Source: an uncultured Ignavibacteria bacterium
GTDB taxonomy: Bacteria > Bacteroidota > Ignavibacteria > SZUA-365
Length of the DNA stretch: 64,000 bases
NCBI GenBank assembly: GCA_913061095.1
Contig: CAJXVM010000014.1
Location: 16,072-80,071, forward strand
Reading direction: 5' to 3'
Shown here: positions 1-12,751 of the stretch, piece by piece
How the letters are laid out: every line of letters begins with the position of its first letter
Numbering within the stretch: position 1 is the first letter of the stretch
The notes under the pieces: model-generated
The model's input: the letters and a program-made list of their open reading frames with translations, nothing else
What the model was told of the DNA's origin: nothing
The model's database searches: none
Translations under genes and position numbers: made by a program

Positions 1-489
1 GATATTTACGGAACACGCATTCCGCCCGACGCGACCTTCACGCTGCGCATTTCCGACGGCATCATGCAGGGCTACACGTACAATGGCACCATCGCGCCGC
101 CGTTCACGACCTATCACGGGATGTTCGACCGGCATGAATCCTTCATGGGAGATGCGATGGCGTGGGATGCGATGATGGGCGGAAACGCGTTCGACTTGCC
201 GGAGGAATGGAAGAACGTGCCGGCTGAATTCGATCGTGACACGCCGATCAACTTCGCATCGACCTGCGACATCATCGGAGGGAATTCAGGGAGTCCGGTC
301 ATCAACCGCGACCGGGAGATTGTCGGACTCGCCTTCGACGGGAACATCGAGAGCCTGGCGGGATATTTCATCTTCGCGCCCGACAAGGGCAACCGCACGA
401 TCTCGGTGCATTCGGCGGGCATCCTCGAGGCGCTGCGTCATGTGTACAATGCCACGCGCATCGTGGAGGAAATCGAGCGCAGCCGGTAA
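1..489 (+). CDS. S46 family serine peptidase (DPP7/DPP11-like), C-terminal fragment; 5' end outside window
   Basis: Frame 1 is open from base 1 to the TAA at 487-489. '[25 protein letters not shown]' parallels the catalytic-Ser region of the full-length paralog at 34320-36452 ('[22 protein letters not shown]'). Confidence 0.8.
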   Translation, partial: [162 protein letters not shown]

Positions 490-523
490 TTCCGTCTTTT
501 CCGGCGAGCTGCCGCCTCCGCGA

Positions 524-2650
524 TCACGCATCAAGTTTCCGGCCCAGCTCCGAGGCGGAGTGCACGGGCATCTCGCAGGCGAAATTCCTGCACACCCAGG
601 CCGTCGGCTTTCCGTCGACGGCCGTGTTGTGTTCGACGAAGGGAGCGAGATCGCGCAGCGCGGCACTGTTCTCCTTCGAGTGGAAGAGCAGCACACTTCG
701 CGGAGTCCAGCGTTTGCGTACCTCAGCGGCCAGCGGTGCCACGGCGGCGGCATCCTTCCCTGCGAGCACGATTTCCCTTCCATCACCGCGTGCGAAATCC
801 AGCGCCGTGAGCATGACGGTACTACCGGCGGGATGGCGTTCGAGCTGCTGCCCAAAGGCGCGCATGATGTCTTCCGCGCGCTGTTCCCATTCCCCGCGGC
901 CGGTCATGCGCGCGAGGCGCATGAGGTTGTATGCCGCCGCTGAATTGCCGGAGGGCATGGCGCCGTCATGCGATTCCACGGTGCGGACGATCAACTGTTC
1001 CGCGTCGCCGGCAGTGAAGTACAGCGCGCCGTGTCCGTCGTCTCCGAAGCGCTCGAGCATCTCTTCGGTCAGGGCGACGGCCTCCGCAAGGTAGCGCGTT
1101 TCGAAGGTGGCCTGGTACAGGTCGATCAGTCCCCATGCGAAAAACGCATAATCCTCGAGAAAGCCGGGGATGCCGGCATCCTCGCCACGCAGTCGATGGA
1201 GCAGCGTGCCCGCGTCAGTGTCGCGCATGCGGTCAAGCAGCGTATCGGCGGCGCGGCGGGCCATGTCGATGAGCTCGTCGCGGTCGAAGGCCTGTCCCGC
1301 CTGCGCCAGCGCCGCGATCATCAGTCCGTTCCACGAAGTAAGCACCTTGTCGTCGAGTGACGGATGCACCCTCTGGGCACGTGCCTCGAAGAGTTTCTTT
1401 TTCGCATCGGAAACGAGGGTCTGCATTTCGTCGAGTTCGAGTCCATGCCGCTGCGCCCATTCCATGGGATCGACGGCGATGTGCAGGATGTTGAGTCCGT
1501 GCTCGAAATTCCCGGCCGGCTCCACGCCGAAATACTCGGAGAGGATATCGGCGTGCTCGCCGACGATGTCATCGAAATCCATTTTCGCGAAGACGTAGAA
1601 CTTTCCTTCCACGCCTTCACTGTCGGCATTTTCGGCGGAATGGAAGACGCCGTCCTCGCGCGTCATGTCGCGGCGGACGTACTCGACGATATCCATGGCG
1701 ATACTGCGGAAAGCCGGACTGCCGGTGACCTGGAAGGCATCGGCGTAGGCCATGAGCAGGAGGGCGTTGTCGTAGAGCATTTTCTCGAAATGCGGCACGA
1801 GCCATTTGCGGTCCACCGAATAGCGGCAGAAGCCGCCGCCGAGGTGATCCCAGATGCCGCCGCGGTACATGCGCATGAGCGTGTGCTCGACCATCTGCAG
1901 CAGCTCGGTGTCGTCATCCGCTGTCGCGCGGCGCAGGAGAAAACTCAGCGTGTGTCCCATCGGGAATTTCGGCTCCGGACCGAAACCGCCAAAGACGCTG
2001 TCGTAATTGCTCTTGAACGTTTCAAGGGTTCTCGTGAGCACATCGGGCGGAAGGTCGCCGTCGGTGACGGTCATCGCCTCGGCCAGCTTCGACTGCAGTT
2101 CGTCGCCCATGCCCGTGAGTTTGGCGCGGTCGTTGCGCCAGGCCTCGCTGAGCGCGCGCAGCACGCGCATAAATCCCGGACGCCCGAAGCGGTCGCCGGG
2201 CGGGAAATACGTGCCGGCGAAAAACGGCTTTTTATCCGGACTCATGAAAATCGTCAGCGGCCAGCCGCCGCTGCCGGTCATTGCCTGGCATATCGTCATG
2301 TAGATGTGATCCACGTCGGGGCGCTCCTCGCGGTCAACCTTGATCGACACGAAATGCTCGTTGAGGAAGTCCGCGACCTCGTCGTTTTCAAAGGACTCGT
2401 GCTCCATCACGTGGCACCAGTGGCACGTGGAGTAGCCGATGGACAGGAAGATGGGCTTGTCTTCGTCGCGGGCCTTTGCGAAGGCCTCGTTGCCCCAGGG
2501 ATACCAGTCCACCGGATTCCGCGCGTGCTGCAGCAGGTAGGGACTGGAGGTGAAGACCAGGCGGTTGAACTCCCCGCCGCCGTCGGGCGGGAGGGACGCG
2601 AGATCGGGAAAGTCGAATGCGCCGTCGCGGCGCCTGTCGGGCTGTGTCAT
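524..2650 (-). CDS. Thioredoxin-domain protein, DUF255/YyaL (SPATA20-like)
   Basis: 708-aa ORF. The N-terminal thioredoxin-like motif '[20 protein letters not shown]' is followed by a long alpha-helical-repeat body typical of this family. Confidence 0.85.
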   Translation of the reverse strand: MTQPDRRRDGAFDFPDLASLPPDGGGEFNRLVFTSSPYLLQHARNPVDWYPWGNEAFAKARDEDKPIFLSIGYSTCHWCHVMEHESFENDEVADFLNEHFVSIKVDREERPDVDHIYMTICQAMTGSGGWPLTIFMSPDKKPFFAGTYFPPGDRFGRPGFMRVLRALSEAWRNDRAKLTGMGDELQSKLAEAMTVTDGDLPPDVLTRTLETFKSNYDSVFGGFGPEPKFPMGHTLSFLLRRATADDDTELLQMVEHTLMRMYRGGIWDHLGGGFCRYSVDRKWLVPHFEKMLYDNALLLMAYADAFQVTGSPAFRSIAMDIVEYVRRDMTREDGVFHSAENADSEGVEGKFYVFAKMDFDDIVGEHADILSEYFGVEPAGNFEHGLNILHIAVDPMEWAQRHGLELDEMQTLVSDAKKKLFEARAQRVHPSLDDKVLTSWNGLMIAALAQAGQAFDRDELIDMARRAADTLLDRMRDTDAGTLLHRLRGEDAGIPGFLEDYAFFAWGLIDLYQATFETRYLAEAVALTEEMLERFGDDGHGALYFTAGDAEQLIVRTVESHDGAMPSGNSAAAYNLMRLARMTGRGEWEQRAEDIMRAFGQQLERHPAGSTVMLTALDFARGDGREIVLAGKDAAAVAPLAAEVRKRWTPRSVLLFHSKENSAALRDLAPFVEHNTAVDGKPTAWVCRNFACEMPVHSASELGRKLDA

Positions 2651-2808
2651 TGGTACTCTGGGATTGATGTCCGAAGCTCTTCATCCACAACGCAGGCGCG
2701 CGGCGGATGATTCCGGATGGGAGCACGAGCAGGAATTCAGCGGGATGACCGCGTCCTGCGTCCTGCCGCGTTTGCCGCTCACGGCCGCCGGTGCTAGATT
2801 ATATCCGC

Positions 2809-4080
2809 ATGACTTCAGGACGCTCAAAGACCCGGCTGCTCGCTCCACTGTCGCTCGTGGCGGCGGTGCTGCTGTTTTTTGTGACGCTGCCGTGGACGGA
2901 TACGTTCATCGGCGGACTCCTGCACGCGTTCGCCGAGGCCGGTATGATCGGGGGACTGGCGGACTGGTTCGCCGTGGTCGCGCTGTTCCGGCATCCCTTC
3001 GGCATTCCCATCCCGCACACGGCTATCCTGCCCCGCCACCGCGCCCGCATCACCACGGGCATCATCGATATGGTGCAGAACCGCTGGCTCACCAAGGAGA
3101 CCATTCTCGAACGGCTCGCCTCGTGGAACGTGGCCGCGGCGCTGATGACGGGACTGGCTGATCCCGACACGCGCGAGGGTTTGCTGCGCATGCTGCGCGG
3201 CGCACTGACGGATCTTCTGCGCGATGTCGACGACGGGCGCTTCGCCCGGCGCGCGGCGGAGCTGCTGCGCGACAACATCCGCACCGACGACCTGCTGCGC
3301 TGGATCCGTGCGGCAGGTGAGCGCGGGATGAGAGACCGCTGGCATTTCGTCGTGTTTTCACAGGCCGTGACACAGGCTTCGGGCTGGCTGAACACGCCCG
3401 AGGTGCGGCGCGTGATCGTCGGACACCTGCGCGACATCGCCGAACGCTATGCCGACAATCCCGTGCGCCGCATCGGCAAGTGGATGGCGGAAAGCGTCAA
3501 TGCCGTCAACTACGATGACCTTGCCGAGGCCATCGTGCGCACGCTCGGCGAGGAGCTCGAGCGCATGCGCACCGACGAGACGCATCCCGCCCGGAAGGAC
3601 TTCGAACAGTGGCTCGCACGCGCAGTCGCCGATGTCGAATCGAATACGGAACTGCACGCACACATGGACGGCTGGCGAAACGAGCTGCTGGAGTCCGGCC
3701 GGCTGCATGACGTTCTTCGCGGTCCCGTCTCCCGCGTCCGCGCCTGGCTGCTCGAGGATCTCGCACGCGAGGAATCCGTCGTCATGCAGCAGCTCGGCGA
3801 CGCGCTGTTCCGTGCGCTCGACCGCTTCGCCGCGGATGCGGAGGCGCAGCAGCGTCTCGACGCATGGATCAAGGAGCGCGCCGCGGCATTCGTCGACCGC
3901 AACCACGGCGAGATCGGCCGCATCGTGCAGCGCAACCTCGAGCGTCTCGACGACGAGCAGATGGTGCGGCAAATCGAAGACAAGGTCGGCGGCGACCTGC
4001 AGTACATCCGCGTCAACGGCGCCATCGTCGGCGGCATGGTCGGCGCGGTGATTTATCTCGCCAAGTATTTCTTCATGTAG
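2809..4080 (+). CDS. DUF445 family membrane protein
   Basis: 'LADWFAVVALFRHPFGIPIPHTAILPRHRARI' is the DUF445 signature as I recall it. There are hydrophobic N- and C-terminal segments. ATG 2809 preferred over GTG 2791. Confidence 0.7.
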   Translation: MTSGRSKTRLLAPLSLVAAVLLFFVTLPWTDTFIGGLLHAFAEAGMIGGLADWFAVVALFRHPFGIPIPHTAILPRHRARITTGIIDMVQNRWLTKETILERLASWNVAAALMTGLADPDTREGLLRMLRGALTDLLRDVDDGRFARRAAELLRDNIRTDDLLRWIRAAGERGMRDRWHFVVFSQAVTQASGWLNTPEVRRVIVGHLRDIAERYADNPVRRIGKWMAESVNAVNYDDLAEAIVRTLGEELERMRTDETHPARKDFEQWLARAVADVESNTELHAHMDGWRNELLESGRLHDVLRGPVSRVRAWLLEDLAREESVVMQQLGDALFRALDRFAADAEAQQRLDAWIKERAAAFVDRNHGEIGRIVQRNLERLDDEQMVRQIEDKVGGDLQYIRVNGAIVGGMVGAVIYLAKYFFM

Positions 4081-4089
4081 GAGTCACGC

Positions 4090-4971
4090 GTGCGCGTCGT
4101 TCCCGTCACAACGCTCGATCTCCCCGCACTGGAGCCCTACCGCACCCTGCGCGCCCGCACCTGGCACTGGCGCGAGGGATTTTTCGTTGCCGAGGGAGAA
4201 AAAGTCGTGCGCGCCCTGCTGGATTCCCGCATTGAGATCGTTTCGATACTCACCAGCAAATCATGGCTTGAGGCGCTGGAGGGAAGCTTCACCGCAGAGC
4301 GTGGTCCCGAGACCGTGATCTATCTCGGTGAGGATGCATTGCTCGAGGGCATCGTCGGCTTCCCGCTGCATCAGAAACTGCTCGCGATCGGCCGCATCCC
4401 GCCGAATCCGCCGCTGGAGGAACTGCACACGCGCGCGCCCGGATGCCACGTGCATGTCGCACTCGAGGGACTCGCCGACGCGGAGAACATGGGCATGATC
4501 CTGCGCAACGCGGCCGCCTTCGGTGCGCGCAGTCTGATCCATGGACCCGATTCCACCAGTCCCTGGCTGCGCCGCAGCGTGCGCGTTTCCCTCGGCAATC
4601 TCTTCGCGCTGCGCATTCACCGCGCGGATTCCCTGCACGACACCCTGCGCCGCTGCCGCGAGGAGCTGGGATGGCGCATTGTCGGCACCACGCCGCGAGG
4701 CGGCGACAATCGTATTATGTGGGATGAAACGCCGGGGAAGAATGAAAACACAGCGGCAGGCGGGCAGGCAGGATCGCCGGGACAGGAGCCTGGAGACAGA
4801 GCCGGGCATCTCTGCCTGCTTTTCGGCAGCGAGGCGGAGGGACTCACCGATAAGGCGCTCGCTCTGTGCGACGCGCATTTCAGCATTCCCATGCGAGGTG
4901 GCGTGGATTCCATCAACGTCGCAAACGCCGTCGCCGTGACATTATTCGAAGCAGTTCGCGGTATGCGATAA
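4090..4971 (+). CDS. TrmH/SpoU family RNA 2'-O-methyltransferase
   Basis: SpoU motifs 'AENMGMILRNAAAFG', 'LLFGSEAEGL' and 'IPMRGGVDSINVANAVAVTLFE'. GTG start is preceded by AGGAG at 4079-4083. Confidence 0.75.
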   Translation: MRVVPVTTLDLPALEPYRTLRARTWHWREGFFVAEGEKVVRALLDSRIEIVSILTSKSWLEALEGSFTAERGPETVIYLGEDALLEGIVGFPLHQKLLAIGRIPPNPPLEELHTRAPGCHVHVALEGLADAENMGMILRNAAAFGARSLIHGPDSTSPWLRRSVRVSLGNLFALRIHRADSLHDTLRRCREELGWRIVGTTPRGGDNRIMWDETPGKNENTAAGGQAGSPGQEPGDRAGHLCLLFGSEAEGLTDKALALCDAHFSIPMRGGVDSINVANAVAVTLFEAVRGMR

Positions 4972-5140
4972 CCCCACGCGTGAGCGTGGGGCCACCGCAT
5001 GCGTTCAAAGATCTATCTTCGCCGCCTGCAGCACCGACTTTCACTGAAGGGTTTGGAGGTAACCCCACGCGTGAGCGTGGGGCCACCGCATGCGTTCAAA
5101 GGTCTATCTTCGCCGCCTGCAGCACCGACTTCCACTGAAG
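4970..5140. repeat. Tandem direct repeat, period 91 nt (two 80-nt copies with 2 mismatches), each carrying an 8-bp stem/GTGA-loop hairpin
   Basis: Copy 1 at 4970-5049 and copy 2 at 5061-5140. Hairpins 'ccccacgc gtga gcgtgggg' lie at 4972-4991 and 5063-5082. Copy 2 contains the last 14 codons plus the stop of the minus-strand gene 5096-6154. Confidence 0.9.
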
Positions 5141-6154
5141 CGTCTGCAGAAACACCACCGCATGCAGATTGTCCGCATTCCAGAACTCGGCGATGTCGAT
5201 CGTGCGTGTGTACGTGCGTGTGATGCCGTTGCCGATCGTGATCGCTTCGCCGCCCGCATCGGGATACATCTGGCGCAGTACGTCGAAATGCTCGAGTTCG
5301 CCGTTGCCGTCGCTGTATTCGATGTCGCTCTCGGTTACGGCGGTCATCAGGCGCAGATCGGTCGAATCGGCCGTGGAGATTCCGGTGACATGGATCGTCA
5401 GCGTGATCTGGTCGCCGCTACGCGTGCTTTCGAGCTCGATCTTTGCGTCAGCGCGCTTCTCCATGTCCGCCTCCGCCGCGGCGATCCACTCCGTCGCCTT
5501 GTTGCTGATCATGTGTCCGCCGACCCACGCGCGCGGGGCGCCGTATTGCGAGGGCGGGATGGGATTGAACAGATACTCCACGCGCGGCTGCGTCCAGGTC
5601 TGCGACTCATGCCAGAGTTGGTCGGTCGGGCGCGGCCACCAGACATGATATTTGATCGTGGCCACACGTTCCTGGAACAGCGAGGTGTTCGCCGCTTCCT
5701 GGTAGATCTCATTCATCGGCGCACAGGGAGCGCAATTGGCGCTGGTCACTACCTCCACAAGTGCGACGCGAAGTACCACATCGCCGAGCGTCACACTGGC
5801 TGCCAGGCTTTCATTCCCGGCAGCGTCATATGCGATCGCACGGATGCGATGGGTTTCGCCTGAAAAGCTGCTCGCATCGAGCACGCTCTCCCACGGTTCC
5901 TCCGTCAATACGTCGAACGGTTCCTCGGCATCGTCGAGGTAGAGCAGGACGCGCGTGACGCGGTCGTTGTCTTCCACCGACAGGGTGATATCCACCTGCG
6001 TGCTGCCGACGGGATCGCCGGACTGCGGGGTGATGAAACTGACCTTGGGATTCTCTATATCCACGCCCGGCTCGTTGGTGGCCGAGGTGTCGCAGCCCTG
6101 CACATGCAGGAGCAGAGCGAGAGCGATGATGGCGATGGGAGCAAATATTTTCAT
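5096..6154 (-). CDS. Lipoprotein with N-terminal Ig-like domain and Omp28-related thioredoxin-like-fold domain
   Basis: Signal peptide with lipobox ('LLLHVQGC'). 'VALVEVVTSANCAPCAP', 'HFDVLRQMYP' and the C-terminal 'HAVVFLQ' resemble Omp28-related outer membrane proteins of Bacteroidota (from memory, not searched). Confidence 0.55.
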   Translation of the reverse strand: MKIFAPIAIIALALLLHVQGCDTSATNEPGVDIENPKVSFITPQSGDPVGSTQVDITLSVEDNDRVTRVLLYLDDAEEPFDVLTEEPWESVLDASSFSGETHRIRAIAYDAAGNESLAASVTLGDVVLRVALVEVVTSANCAPCAPMNEIYQEAANTSLFQERVATIKYHVWWPRPTDQLWHESQTWTQPRVEYLFNPIPPSQYGAPRAWVGGHMISNKATEWIAAAEADMEKRADAKIELESTRSGDQITLTIHVTGISTADSTDLRLMTAVTESDIEYSDGNGELEHFDVLRQMYPDAGGEAITIGNGITRTYTRTIDIAEFWNADNLHAVVFLQTLQWKSVLQAAKIDL

Positions 6155-6187
6155 GTTTTCCTCACGGGGCGTTGAACGGGATCGGGA

Positions 6188-7093
6188 TCATCCCCCTATT
6201 TTGCGGCGTTTGTTGAGATATTCGAACAGCGCGACGTCATAGGGCGTGGCGCTGTCAAGCAGCACGTAGTCGATGCGCTGCTCGCGGCATTCCTTCTTGT
6301 AGCGCGCGATGAAATCGCGCATGGCTTCTTGATATGCACGCTGGATCTGATGCGGCTGCGTCATCATCTCGTCAGCGTTTTCCATGTCGCGGAAAATGGC
6401 GTCGCGACCGAAGTCGAAGGTGCGCTCGCGCGGATCCAGCACGTGGAAGAGAATGACCTCGTGCTGATTGTAGCGGAAATGCTTCAGCGCCGAGATCACC
6501 GAGTCGGGATCATCGAACAGGTCGCTGAAAATCATCACCAGTCCCCGCCGGTGAATGCGCTCGGCGGCCAGGTTCAGCGCCCGCGCCGTGCCGGTCGCGT
6601 TGGCGGGCTCGAGCGTCTCCAGCTCCTTCAGAATCGTCTGCAGGTACACCTTCGTCGAATGCGGCGGCATGAATTTCCGCAGTTCCTCGTCATAGGTGAG
6701 CAGTCCCACGGCATCCTGCTGGCGCATCATCAGGTAGGCCAGCGCGGCGGCGAGGTAGGAGGCGTACTGCAGCTTGGTGATGTTTCCTTCCGACCGGAAC
6801 TGCATCGAGCGGCTGGTATCCAGCACGAGATAGCTCTTGAGGTTGGTCTCCTCCTCGAACTGCTTGATGTAGTAGCGGTCGGTGCGGCCGAGCACCTTCC
6901 AGTCGATGCGGCGGATTTCGTCGCCCGGCATGTACTGCCGGTGTTCGGCGAATTCCACGCTGAAACCGTGGTAGGGACTCTTGTGCAGGCCGGTGATGAA
7001 TCCCTCCACCACGAGCCGGGCCCGCATTTCCATCGTGGAAAGACGCGAGACGACGTCGGGACGCAGATATGTGCTTCTGTTGTCCTGTCTCAT
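6188..7093 (-). CDS. DUF58 domain protein (vWA-like fold)
   Basis: 'HKSPYHGFSVEFAEHRQYMPGDEIRRIDWKV' is the DUF58 signature. The internal ATG at 7093 is chosen because the upstream gene ends at 7125. Confidence 0.8.
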   Translation of the reverse strand: MRQDNRSTYLRPDVVSRLSTMEMRARLVVEGFITGLHKSPYHGFSVEFAEHRQYMPGDEIRRIDWKVLGRTDRYYIKQFEEETNLKSYLVLDTSRSMQFRSEGNITKLQYASYLAAALAYLMMRQQDAVGLLTYDEELRKFMPPHSTKVYLQTILKELETLEPANATGTARALNLAAERIHRRGLVMIFSDLFDDPDSVISALKHFRYNQHEVILFHVLDPRERTFDFGRDAIFRDMENADEMMTQPHQIQRAYQEAMRDFIARYKKECREQRIDYVLLDSATPYDVALFEYLNKRRKIGG

Positions 7094-7124
7094 GTATGCG
7101 CGTGCGGTGTTTTCCTGTGCAAAA

Positions 7125-7631
7125 TCAGTTTTCTGCCGTCGGTGGCGGAGGCGGTGCATCCTGCAGGGCCCGGAGCACATCCTCGGGAGATGAGCCGAGA
7201 TGTTCCAGCTCGAAGCGCACCGCATCGGCCATGGAACTGTCGCCGTAGGCGGCGAGATAACGTTCGTATGCCTTCTTCGCCCGTTCGAGATTCTTCAGTT
7301 CGTTCGCGTAGGTGAACCCGGCGATGAACAGTCCCCGATGCGCGAATTCGCTCTCGGGATATTTCTCGCTGACCAGCTCGTACGCCGTCGCCGCCTTCAG
7401 GGGATCGTCCTGCGTATTGTAGTAGATCGCGGCGGAACGGAACAGCGCCTCGGGGGCTACGTCGGACTCCTCGTGCTGTTTGTACACGGTTTCGTACATC
7501 GTCAGCGCCTCGGAGGGTTTGCCCTCCTCCTCGAGCGCCCGCGCATCGTTCATGAGATCCGCCGGACCGTCTCCCGAACAGGAGACGACAAGCAGCGCAG
7601 CGGCGACAAGAAGGAAGGATTTCCGGATCAT
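7125..7631 (-). CDS. Tetratricopeptide-repeat lipoprotein
   Basis: Lipoprotein signal 'MIRKSFLLVAAALLVVSC'. TPR-like helical repeats ('EALTMYETVYKQHEESDVAPEALFRSAAIYY'). Confidence 0.6.
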   Translation of the reverse strand: MIRKSFLLVAAALLVVSCSGDGPADLMNDARALEEEGKPSEALTMYETVYKQHEESDVAPEALFRSAAIYYNTQDDPLKAATAYELVSEKYPESEFAHRGLFIAGFTYANELKNLERAKKAYERYLAAYGDSSMADAVRFELEHLGSSPEDVLRALQDAPPPPPTAEN

Positions 7632-7702
7632 GGTCAGTCTCACCTGGTTGTTAAGCACATCAAATTAGGAGTTGATGCAGGAAGAAACAAGGCAATGCGG
7701 GA

Positions 7703-8413
7703 TCAGGAAAAGAACACGATCTTCACCAGGAGACCCACCAGCACTGCGCCGAAGACGGGCTTGATGACTTTGGCGCCGCCGCGGATGGCGAGGCCCGCGC
7801 CGGTCCAGGCGCCGGTGATGTTGGCGAGTCCCATGGGCAGGGCGATCATCCAGTACACTTCGCCGCCGATGACGAAGGCGAGAATGGCGGCGTAGTTGCT
7901 GGCGAGGTTGAGCAGCTTGGCGTGCGCGGTGGCGCGCAGGAAGCCGAAGCGGAAGAAAAGCACGAAGCCGAAGGCGAGGAAGGAGCCCGTGCCCGGACCG
8001 AAAAATCCGTCGTAGAATCCCAGCAGGAAGGCGAATCCCGCCGCGGCGAAATAGTGACGCGTATCGAGGGAGGCCTCGCGGTCTTTCATCCCGAAATCCT
8101 TGCGCAGGAAGGTGATGGCGGCGACGATGACGATGAGCGCGGGGATGATGGCCTCCAGCGAATCGCCCGGCACCTGCAGCACGGTCCACGCGCCGGAGTA
8201 GGATCCCGCGAAGGAGGCGATGAAGCCGATGACGCCGAGCTTCAGGATGACGTAGCCGCTGCGTATGTAACGCAGGGTGCTGAAGGTGGTGCCGATGGCA
8301 CTCTGCACCTTGTTGGTGGCCAGCGCGGCATGCGGCGGCACGCCCGCGGCGATGAGGGAAGGAAGGGAAATCAGTCCGCCCCCGCCGGCCATGGCATCCA
8401 CGAGCCCGCCCAT
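7703..8413 (-). CDS. TauE/SafE (TSUP) family anion exporter
   Basis: Polytopic membrane ORF with 'GGLVDAMAGGGGLISLPSL' and a second 'GAWTGAGLA' half-repeat. The true start may be a non-ATG codon slightly upstream. Confidence 0.8.
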   Translation of the reverse strand: MGGLVDAMAGGGGLISLPSLIAAGVPPHAALATNKVQSAIGTTFSTLRYIRSGYVILKLGVIGFIASFAGSYSGAWTVLQVPGDSLEAIIPALIVIVAAITFLRKDFGMKDREASLDTRHYFAAAGFAFLLGFYDGFFGPGTGSFLAFGFVLFFRFGFLRATAHAKLLNLASNYAAILAFVIGGEVYWMIALPMGLANITGAWTGAGLAIRGGAKVIKPVFGAVLVGLLVKIVFFS

Positions 8414-8551
8414 GAATCCCGCGGCGATGAGAAACGCGTATGTCAGCGGATCAGCGATAGGTCGGAATCCTTCAATTCAAATATGCAGTTCGGTCGTTTG
8501 CGCTCCGGTCGCTCAATAATACTCGGTGTGATCGCTGGTATCCTGCCGCCG

Positions 8552-9442
8552 TCACCGCAGAAACAGCACCGCCACGCCGCCGACGGCGAGCAGGGCGCCG
8601 ATGGCGGAACGCAGGGTGATGCGTTCCTTATACCACATCCAGACCAGCGGCAGGAGGATGACGGGCGGAAGGGCCATGATGGTGGTCGCGACGGCGACTT
8701 CGGTGTTGGCGATGGCGACGAGACTGAAGGTGATGCCGAAGTAGGGACCGAGGATGGCGCCGGCGAAGGTGTAGGCCAGCGCGCGGCGGTCTTTCGCGTA
8801 AACCTTGACCGGATTGCGGTACCAGCGCAGCATCAGCGCCATGGGCAGGAAGATCACAACGGCCGCGCCGATGCGCACGGTGGATGCGACCATGCCGTGC
8901 AGCGGCGCCTCGTTGAATGCGAATTTCGCGAAGATCAGTCCGGTCGCCTGTCCCAGCGCGCCGAGAAAGGCGAAGGCGACGCCTTTTGCCGTGGGATGAT
9001 AGGCGCGCTGCACCTTGCCGCCGCGTTCGAGCACGACCACCGCGATGCCAGTGATGGTGATCGCCATCCCCGCGAGGGCGGGGAGGGAGAGCGCCTCGTC
9101 GAGAAACAGCAGTCCCATGACGGCGGTCATGGCGGGCACGAGCGACATCATCAGCATGGAGATGCGCGGACCGACATCCTTGAATGCCCGGAAGAGGAAC
9201 GTGTCGCCGAGCACGAGTCCGGCAATGGCGCTCAGTGTCAGGTTGAGCGCCTGTGACTGCGTGATCGTGGTGTCGAAGCCGAGGATCCAGACGGTGAGCG
9301 CGAGCAGCACCAGTGCCATGATCATGCGCGTGATGTTGACCTGGATGGAGCCCACGCGCGTGGTGGCCTCCGTGAAGACGATGGAGGTGCCCGACCACAT
9401 GAAGGCGGTCAGGAGGGCGCTGAGCTCACCGAGAAAAGGCAT
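8552..9442 (-). CDS. EamA/DMT superfamily transporter
   Basis: Ten-helix-like hydrophobic profile with two EamA-type halves. ATG 9442 chosen because the upstream VOC gene ends at 9456. Confidence 0.8.
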   Translation of the reverse strand: MPFLGELSALLTAFMWSGTSIVFTEATTRVGSIQVNITRMIMALVLLALTVWILGFDTTITQSQALNLTLSAIAGLVLGDTFLFRAFKDVGPRISMLMMSLVPAMTAVMGLLFLDEALSLPALAGMAITITGIAVVVLERGGKVQRAYHPTAKGVAFAFLGALGQATGLIFAKFAFNEAPLHGMVASTVRIGAAVVIFLPMALMLRWYRNPVKVYAKDRRALAYTFAGAILGPYFGITFSLVAIANTEVAVATTIMALPPVILLPLVWMWYKERITLRSAIGALLAVGGVAVLFLR

Positions 9443-9455
9443 GGGCGCGGCGTGC

Positions 9456-9830
9456 TCAATGCTTCGAATGCAATGCGATGCGGTTGCCTTCGCTGTCACG
9501 GATCACGGCCATGTAGCCCTGCTCCGGCGAGATCTGCCGCTTCGGGATGAGCACGCTGCCGCCCGCGGCTTCGGCGCGCACGAGCCAGGGCTCGAGGTCG
9601 TCGCCGGCGTTGAGGTACACGAGCACGCCGCTCTCGGCCGGCGTGTACCATTCGTGCTGCACGATGGCGCCGGAAACATGCTCCTGATCGCCGGGGTCGC
9701 CGAGAAAGCCCATGCGCGGCGACGGGATGTCTGCTTCGACGATTTCCGTCTCCAGCAGGCGCTCGTAAAAACGCTTCGCGCGGTCGAATCCCGTGACGGG
9801 GATTTCGAACCAGTTGATGAGATTCTTCAT
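9456..9830 (-). CDS. VOC (glyoxalase/bleomycin-resistance fold) family protein
   Basis: 124-aa ORF. 'WFEIPVTGFDRAKRFYE' and 'DSEGNRIALHS' are typical VOC beta-alpha-beta-beta-beta module ends. Confidence 0.7.
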   Translation of the reverse strand: MKNLINWFEIPVTGFDRAKRFYERLLETEIVEADIPSPRMGFLGDPGDQEHVSGAIVQHEWYTPAESGVLVYLNAGDDLEPWLVRAEAAGGSVLIPKRQISPEQGYMAVIRDSEGNRIALHSKH

Positions 9831-9857
9831 GCGTCTATCCTCCAGTGAAACATGTAA

Positions 9858-12677
<2,820 letters not shown>

Positions 12678-12751
12678 TGTATGCTGACTGCGGTTTTCTG
12701 CAACACGGGATCAATCTCAAAACTTACGGAATTTGACGCTATATTTCAGCG

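Noticed and set aside
6188-7631. DUF58 plus TPR genes considered as a Bat/MoxR aerotolerance-type operon
   Set aside because: No MoxR AAA+ ATPase or BatA/BatB vWA membrane proteins are adjacent. Only two of the expected components are present, so the operon call is unsupported.
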